Below are positions 58,553 to 64,000 of a stretch of 64,000 nucleotides of DNA, piece after piece. The position numbers and the translations under genes were made by a program. Position 1 is the stretch's first letter. Each line of letters starts with the position of its first letter. The DNA comes from Oligoflexales bacterium (GTDB taxonomy: Bacteria > Bdellovibrionota_B > Oligoflexia > Oligoflexales > JAPPIL01). Under the pieces are notes generated by a model that did no database searches, was not told the origin of the DNA, and saw only the letters and a list, made by a program, of their open reading frames with translations. Where the stretch lies: positions 320,001 to 384,000 of the forward strand of contig OZ244057.1 in the NCBI GenBank assembly GCA_965215515.1. The letters are read 5' to 3'.

Positions 58553-60641
58553 GCAACAATACCCGCATGACACGCGCCGCACACTCAGGCAAGGCCGTGC
58601 CTGGGGAGAAAATTTCCCGTACCCCCGCCTGTCGCAAAAATTCATAATCCTGCGGAGGAATGATCCCACCCGCGACCACGATAATGTTCGTGTGACGCAA
58701 TTCTTCCAGCAATTGCGGAATCAACACCTTATGCCCCGCCGTGTGCGTAGAAATACCGATAACGTGCACATCGTTCTCCAGCGCGTGCTTCACCACCTCC
58801 GCGGGGATTTGAAACAGCGGCGCGAGATCGACATCGAAACCAAAATTGCTGAACGCCACCGCAATGACGTGCAAACCCCGATCGTGCCCGTCCTGCCCGA
58901 GCTTGGCGACCAAAATGCGCGGCGGCCGCCCTACCCGCTGGGCGAACTGCGCGATCTGCGCCCGCACTGCCTTGACCTGCTCGTCATCGCCATAGTTATC
59001 GAGATACATACCCGCCGTCGTCGTCAAAGTTACCTCTGGTTGATAACGCCCAAACACATCTTCAAGGGCTGCGCTAACCTCGCCCACCGTAGCTCGCTGG
59101 CGGATCGCCGCCACCGTCGCTGGCATGAGGTTAGTGCCCGCCTCAGCCGCCGCGTCACGCACACGTTGCAAAGCACACTTGACTGCGGCGTTATCACGCG
59201 TCCGTTTAATTTTACGCAACGCCCGCATCTGCTGGGTACGCAAAGCTGTCGTGTCGATGTCACGGAAAGCGAGCACACCTTCGTCGTGCTGAAATCTGTT
59301 TACTCCCACCACCACCTCTGTTCCCCGATCGATCAAAGCTTGTTTATGCACCGCACACTGTTCGATTTTGTGCTTGGCATAACCGTCAGCGATCGCCGCC
59401 AACATGCCACCCCGTGCCGCGATGGCGGTGAGAATTTTTTCTGCCGCCCGCTGCACGTCCCGTGTCAGGCTTTCAATCGCATAGCTACCCCCTAACGGGT
59501 CGATGGTGTGCGTTATATCGGTCTCGTGCTGCAAAATAAGCTGCGTATTGCGTGCCACCCGTGCGGATTCCGCGACAGGAATACTGACCGCCTCATCATA
59601 GGCATTGGTATGTAACGACTGTGTGCCACCCAGCACCGCCGCCAGCGCCTCGATGGTCGTGCGCACAATGTTGTTGTGCGGTTGTTGCTGCGTCAACGAG
59701 TAGCCTGAAGTCTGACAATGCATGCGCAACACGGAAGATTTCGGATCACAAGGTTTATACTTACACAGCAACTGTGCCCACAGACGACGCGCCGCACGCA
59801 ACTTGGCCACTTCCTGTAAAAAACGCATACCGACCGCGAAGAAAAACGACAAACGCGGCGCAATACTATCGACAGTTAAACCACGTGCTAGCGCTGCATC
59901 GAGGTAGGCACAGGCATTGCCTAGCGTCAAGGCCAACTCCAGCGCAGGGTCAGCTCCCGCCTCTTGAAAGTGATAACCACTGATACTGATGCTGTTGAAT
60001 TTCGGCATCGTCTCACGCAGATACTCGATAACATCGATGGCAAGACGCATACCGACCACAGGCGGGTAGATGAAAGTATTGCGCACGATGTATTCTTTCA
60101 GAATGTCGTTCTGCACCGTACCGCGCAAGATGGCAGGTTTAACCCCTCGCTCCTCCGCCGCGACGATAAAACAAGCCAGTACGGGCAACACTGCACCGTT
60201 CATGGTCATCGACACACTCACCTTATCGAGGGCGATACCGTCGAACAGCACTCGCATGTCCTCGACCGTATCGATAGCCACGCCTGCCTTGCCCACATCG
60301 CCCGCTGCCCGTACATGATCGGAGTCGTAGCCACGATGCGTAGGTAAATCAAAAGCCACACTCAAACCACGTTGCCCGCTGCGCAACGCCTCATGGTAAA
60401 AGCGATTCGTTTCCGCTGCCGAAGAGAAACCTGCATACTGCCTGATCGTCCACGGACGACCGCGATACATGCTTGCATACGCCCCGCGGGTGTAAGGGGC
60501 AAAACCAGGCCACGAAGCCGCTAAGTCTTGCACATCCGCAGCAGTATACAGCAGCTGATATGGCACACCGTTGTTGTCAAGAACGCGCTGCTCACGCTGT
60601 TCAGCCGTGAGTTCATGCCATTGCCGCTCGTCATCACGCAT
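58539..60641 (-). CDS. scpA: Methylmalonyl-CoA mutase
   Basis: PWTIRQYAGF, AFDLPTHRGYDSD, QNDILKE, B12-binding motif GQDGHDRG. Confidence 0.98.
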   Translation of the reverse strand: MRDDERQWHELTAEQREQRVLDNNGVPYQLLYTAADVQDLAASWPGFAPYTRGAYASMYRGRPWTIRQYAGFSSAAETNRFYHEALRSGQRGLSVAFDLPTHRGYDSDHVRAAGDVGKAGVAIDTVEDMRVLFDGIALDKVSVSMTMNGAVLPVLACFIVAAEERGVKPAILRGTVQNDILKEYIVRNTFIYPPVVGMRLAIDVIEYLRETMPKFNSISISGYHFQEAGADPALELALTLGNACAYLDAALARGLTVDSIAPRLSFFFAVGMRFLQEVAKLRAARRLWAQLLCKYKPCDPKSSVLRMHCQTSGYSLTQQQPHNNIVRTTIEALAAVLGGTQSLHTNAYDEAVSIPVAESARVARNTQLILQHETDITHTIDPLGGSYAIESLTRDVQRAAEKILTAIAARGGMLAAIADGYAKHKIEQCAVHKQALIDRGTEVVVGVNRFQHDEGVLAFRDIDTTALRTQQMRALRKIKRTRDNAAVKCALQRVRDAAAEAGTNLMPATVAAIRQRATVGEVSAALEDVFGRYQPEVTLTTTAGMYLDNYGDDEQVKAVRAQIAQFAQRVGRPPRILVAKLGQDGHDRGLHVIAVAFSNFGFDVDLAPLFQIPAEVVKHALENDVHVIGISTHTAGHKVLIPQLLEELRHTNIIVVAGGIIPPQDYEFLRQAGVREIFSPGTALPECAARVMRVLLHACG

Positions 60642-60884
60642 GCCGTAATTCTAGCAGACTGAGGCACATAGTTGAAGGGGAAGCTTTTATGTTAGGTATG
60701 CCGTACAGCTCTCCTGTCTTGATGTGCCCTGAATACGATCGCCTTTGCGGTGGAATATAGGACGCATTTGGAGGTATTTTTTGCTGCCGCTGTTCTTGAC
60801 CAGATCTTTCACCGCTACCTCACCCTCGACAAAATCTTCGTTGCATCGCCCCTTGTGGGACGGACGTGTCGCAGGACTTTACTA

Positions 60885-61754
60885 TTAGTAAGAACTGCAA
60901 TCAAGGCCTCGCGTGGCTAATCCGAACTCTAAAAAATCAAGTCCAATATCTACGATAAGATTTCTTATGATACCTGTAGTACCGCTGCTGTTGCCTTGCG
61001 TCCAGTCCGCTAACGGTTGCCTTGTGGCATGGACTGTTGATGCGAGTATTCCACAGGCTAGTTTTTTTTTCGCCTCAGTCATTGCTGCTTGCTGCGCTGC
61101 TACCGCTGGGTCTTGAACATTATGGACCAACAAGCTCAGACGCAGTTTCTGATCGAAGTTGTACGAATTACCCCCGTCCATCCGCTCACAATCACTCACA
61201 CTTTTAGGCATGTCGGGCACCTCTCCTCCCCCCGACTCGCTCGCTCGCCCCCGAACATGCTGATTAAAAATCTTGCGGCAATAAAGCATATTGCGCGCGA
61301 TAACCCACAACTCCTCCCTATCATCCTCCTTACCTTCCACATACTCCCTGAGGAAGACATATCTCGTTATCTTCGTATTGCCAGAATCCTGATCGACTGC
61401 TTTGATTTCAGGTAGATTAGGGAAACTGTCCACCATAATATCGTTAGCATTCACCTCTTCTCCTCGTACCTCTATATTCCAAGACTGCCAACTATCTGTC
61501 ACCAACCTAAGGACACTTGTCGGAGTTCCACCCACGTCCGTGCTCTTTTCTTCCAGCTTCGCAGTAATCGGTGTCACCGTAATTTTCAGATTACCAGGGT
61601 TGAGTGAAGACTGCTTGGTAACTTTGTCAATGATTGTTCTCACTCCCGCGTCCCCCTCTCTCGGCACAGGCGCTGCGGGGGCCAGTTGTCTCACTGGCAA
61701 ACGTTGCGGACACGCGAGCAAAACAAGCGCGACAAAAAACAGAGCATAATACAC
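60885..61754 (-). CDS. Hypothetical lipoprotein
   Basis: LLAC lipobox, 289-aa ORF, lower GC; no family recognised. Confidence 0.7.
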   Translation of the reverse strand: MYYALFFVALVLLACPQRLPVRQLAPAAPVPREGDAGVRTIIDKVTKQSSLNPGNLKITVTPITAKLEEKSTDVGGTPTSVLRLVTDSWQSWNIEVRGEEVNANDIMVDSFPNLPEIKAVDQDSGNTKITRYVFLREYVEGKEDDREELWVIARNMLYCRKIFNQHVRGRASESGGGEVPDMPKSVSDCERMDGGNSYNFDQKLRLSLLVHNVQDPAVAAQQAAMTEAKKKLACGILASTVHATRQPLADWTQGNSSGTTGIIRNLIVDIGLDFLEFGLATRGLDCSSY

Positions 61755-61881
61755 AACTTCCCCCTCACCGAGTTAACAAGCCCTCCCCTGAGACATATCG
61801 GAATTTTATCTCTATCCCTTAATCTTCTTGACCATAATTTTATCTTGTGACATAATGATATGTCGGTTGTGGTTAAAAATT

Positions 61882-62622
61882 ATGTCACGTGTAATTGCTT
61901 CAATGATAATGACAGCTTGTTTTACCAACGCCTGTGGTGGTGGCGAGACCGCCGCCTCTAAGGCCGTACGTGATGCGCAGCGTGCGGTAGGGATGGTGCT
62001 GGTCGAACACGGTGAACGGAAGCTGCTGAAGGTGGTCGTCTGCACCGTGCGCGACGGGCAGCTACCCGCCGATGCGGCACTTGCCGACGAAAGCTTATGC
62101 CCTAACGCTTTCGTCGATGCCGAGGGCAAGGGCTATTATTTCAGTGAGTTACAGCCACAAGGGGTGAAGAACCGCCTGCGTCGCCACGGTTATCTGAAAC
62201 TAGGCAGCATGCTACTCGTCCCGCTGGTTATCGGCACTGTGGTAGGCTGGAAAGCAAAACCGCTGCTCAAGAAGCTCAAGCTTACCTTCACCGCTGAAGG
62301 CAGGGTACTGCGTGGCGGCGGCGAAATCACCGCCGCACAGAGGAAGGCACAAGCTGAGGCACTTGCTGACGTGCGCACCAACGCCAGAGTCGGCGCCGCA
62401 GGCGGTGCGATCGCGGCGATCGTCTTCTTCGACGATCTCAACACGCACCTGTGGGGTAGGGGCGAGCGCGCGACTGTCAAGCATTGGGATGATATTTTCC
62501 GCACCCACCTCAGCTTTGTCGATGCTGAAATGCTGTCCCAGCCACACACCATTACGCACCTCCTCACCACGCTCGCCCAAATACTGGAGGTTAGCGTTAA
62601 CCCCGCCGTAGTCAGCGCTTAG
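61882..62622 (+). CDS. Hypothetical lipoprotein; short paralogue of 4285-6348
   Basis: TNAC lipobox-like; shares N- and C-terminal motifs with 4285-6348. Confidence 0.8.
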   Translation: MSRVIASMIMTACFTNACGGGETAASKAVRDAQRAVGMVLVEHGERKLLKVVVCTVRDGQLPADAALADESLCPNAFVDAEGKGYYFSELQPQGVKNRLRRHGYLKLGSMLLVPLVIGTVVGWKAKPLLKKLKLTFTAEGRVLRGGGEITAAQRKAQAEALADVRTNARVGAAGGAIAAIVFFDDLNTHLWGRGERATVKHWDDIFRTHLSFVDAEMLSQPHTITHLLTTLAQILEVSVNPAVVSA

Positions 62623-62696
62623 CCTGATCTTAGCTTGCCAAACCGATAACTTACGCTTAACATCCGCCTCCGACAGACAGAGGGGGGATTGACGAC

Positions 62697-63827
62697 ATGC
62701 ATGCCGACACACGTTGTGTGCACGCGGGGGCTGAGCCGTACGCCGAAACTGGGGCTGTGACCATGCCCATTTTCCAGACTTCCACCTACGTGCAGGACAA
62801 GCCAGGGCAACCGCGTCTTTACGATTATGCCCGTGCAGGCAATCCTACCCGCACCGCGGCGGAGGAGGCGTTGGCCGCACTGGAAGGAGGCACACATGCC
62901 TTTAGTTTTGCTTCGGGGCTAGCTGCGGCACAGGTGGTGGTGCAGTTGTTGCCTAGCGACAGCCACATTCTGGTGTGCGAAGATGTCTACGGTGGCAGCG
63001 GTCGCCTGTTTACCGCCATCATGGCCAAATACGGTTTGCAGTTTGAATTTATCGATATGCGTGACCCACGCACCATTGCCGCCGCTCTGAAGGACAACAC
63101 CCGCCTCCTGTGGATCGAATCACCCACCAACCCTTTGTTGCACTTGATCGACATTGCCGCCGCGGTTGCACTTGCCGCCCCGCGGCACATTATCACGCTC
63201 GTTGATAACACCTTCGCGTCGCCTATCTTTCAATCCCCACTGGCACTCGGTGCAGACATCGCACTGCACTCCACCACCAAGTATATCGGAGGACACAGCG
63301 ACATGGTGGGCGGAGCGTTAGTTACCCGCCGTGACGATCTTGCCGCACGGATAAAATTTTTGCAATTTGCCGCGGGGGCGATCCCCGCGCCGTGGGAGTC
63401 TTTTTTGCTTGCCCGCAGTATCCGCACCCTGCATCTGCGCATGCTGCGCCACCAGGACAACGCCCTTCGCATCGCCCGCGCGTTGGAGCAAAGCCAACGC
63501 TTTGCCACAGTGATTTACCCTGGTCTGCGCTCGCATCCTCAGCATGATCTCGCCTGTCGTCAGATGTCTGGTTACAGCGGTATCGTCACGGTGCGCATGC
63601 GCGGCGGTCAGGCGGAGGCGGAGAGTTTTTTTCAGAAGCTACGTCTTTTCAAGCTGGCTGAAAGTTTGGGCGGCGTTGAGTCGTTAGTCAATCATCCTGT
63701 CACGATGACTCATGCCAGTGTGCCCCCTGCACGGCGCAAAAAACTCGGCATCGATGGCGGCTTGGTGCGTCTTTCCATCGGTGTTGAAGACGGTGCTGAC
63801 CTGCTCGCTGATCTCGGTGTCGCCTAG
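62697..63827 (+). CDS. metB: Cystathionine gamma-synthase/gamma-lyase (Cys/Met PLP family)
   Basis: PIFQTSTY, YAR.GNPTR, ESPTNP, DNTF, HSTTKYIGGHSD, AESLGGVESL. Synthase versus lyase not resolved. Confidence 0.85.
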   Translation: MHADTRCVHAGAEPYAETGAVTMPIFQTSTYVQDKPGQPRLYDYARAGNPTRTAAEEALAALEGGTHAFSFASGLAAAQVVVQLLPSDSHILVCEDVYGGSGRLFTAIMAKYGLQFEFIDMRDPRTIAAALKDNTRLLWIESPTNPLLHLIDIAAAVALAAPRHIITLVDNTFASPIFQSPLALGADIALHSTTKYIGGHSDMVGGALVTRRDDLAARIKFLQFAAGAIPAPWESFLLARSIRTLHLRMLRHQDNALRIARALEQSQRFATVIYPGLRSHPQHDLACRQMSGYSGIVTVRMRGGQAEAESFFQKLRLFKLAESLGGVESLVNHPVTMTHASVPPARRKKLGIDGGLVRLSIGVEDGADLLADLGVA

Positions 63828-63837
63828 GGGAGTGCTG

Positions 63838-64000
63838 TTATTTGCCAACGCAGAACTGGGCGAAGATGTTGTGGAGAATTTCGTCGCTGCTCACTTTCCC
63901 CAACAGTTCTTCCAGCGCTGCGTGTGCCTGCTGCACCTCAAACGCGACACATTCTTCGCGTGCTTCACCCAGCAGCTCGCGGTGGGCGGCTTGCAGGGCG
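63838..64000 (-). CDS. mnmE: tRNA modification GTPase MnmE, 3' end only
   Basis: Translated by hand: ...LEELLGKVSSDEILHNIFAQFCVGK*, the typical FC(V/I)GK C-terminus. Confidence 0.92.
   Translation of the reverse strand, partial: ALQAAHRELLGEAREECVAFEVQQAHAALEELLGKVSSDEILHNIFAQFCVGK

Noticed and set aside
58197..59495. 432-aa ORF on the + strand
   Set aside because: Antisense shadow of scpA and meaB.
60642..60884. Cobalamin riboswitch upstream of methylmalonyl-CoA mutase
   Set aside because: No B12-box or core motifs found, and a -10 box lies directly before the ATG. The rest of the spacer is unexplained and could be a gene remnant.

Overview
A bacterial chromosomal window of roughly mid-50s % GC (estimated by eye). 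It is mostly housekeeping genes: recJ, dprA, rho-rpmE-prfA, folK, pdxA, a UvrA-like ATPase, ldcA-mpl, pal, rny, dapD, tyrS, infC, valS, def, rpe, ihfB, accA-aroA-cmk, meaB-scpA, a metB-family gene, the mnmE 3' end and tRNA-Arg(UCU). These are interspersed with orphan secreted proteins and lipoproteins. Gene content suggests a Bdellovibrionota/Oligoflexia-like, possibly host-associated organism (inference only). Most notable observations: (1) a ~1.1 kb cassette bracketed by two 71-bp structured direct repeats, holding a sigma70 promoter, a ~65-nt hairpin with a U-tract and a NYN (PIN-like) nuclease gene with a 1-nt frameshift, an RNA-plus-nuclease layout like type III toxin-antitoxin systems; (2) the left repeat appears to donate the -35 box of the adjacent TolC/CusB-like efflux promoter; (3) a second short dispersed element occurs intergenically and also as a 10 x 39-bp in-frame expansion inside dapD; (4) two lipoprotein paralogues 56 kb apart share N- and C-terminal domains around a swapped central region of ~50 vs ~490 aa; (5) a 4 x 80-bp exact tandem of the ihfB 3' end, an orphan DUF692/DUF2063 pair, a TSP1-like lipoprotein, and patchy strand skew that ignores gene direction. 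All product calls come from motif recognition by eye; no database searches were run.
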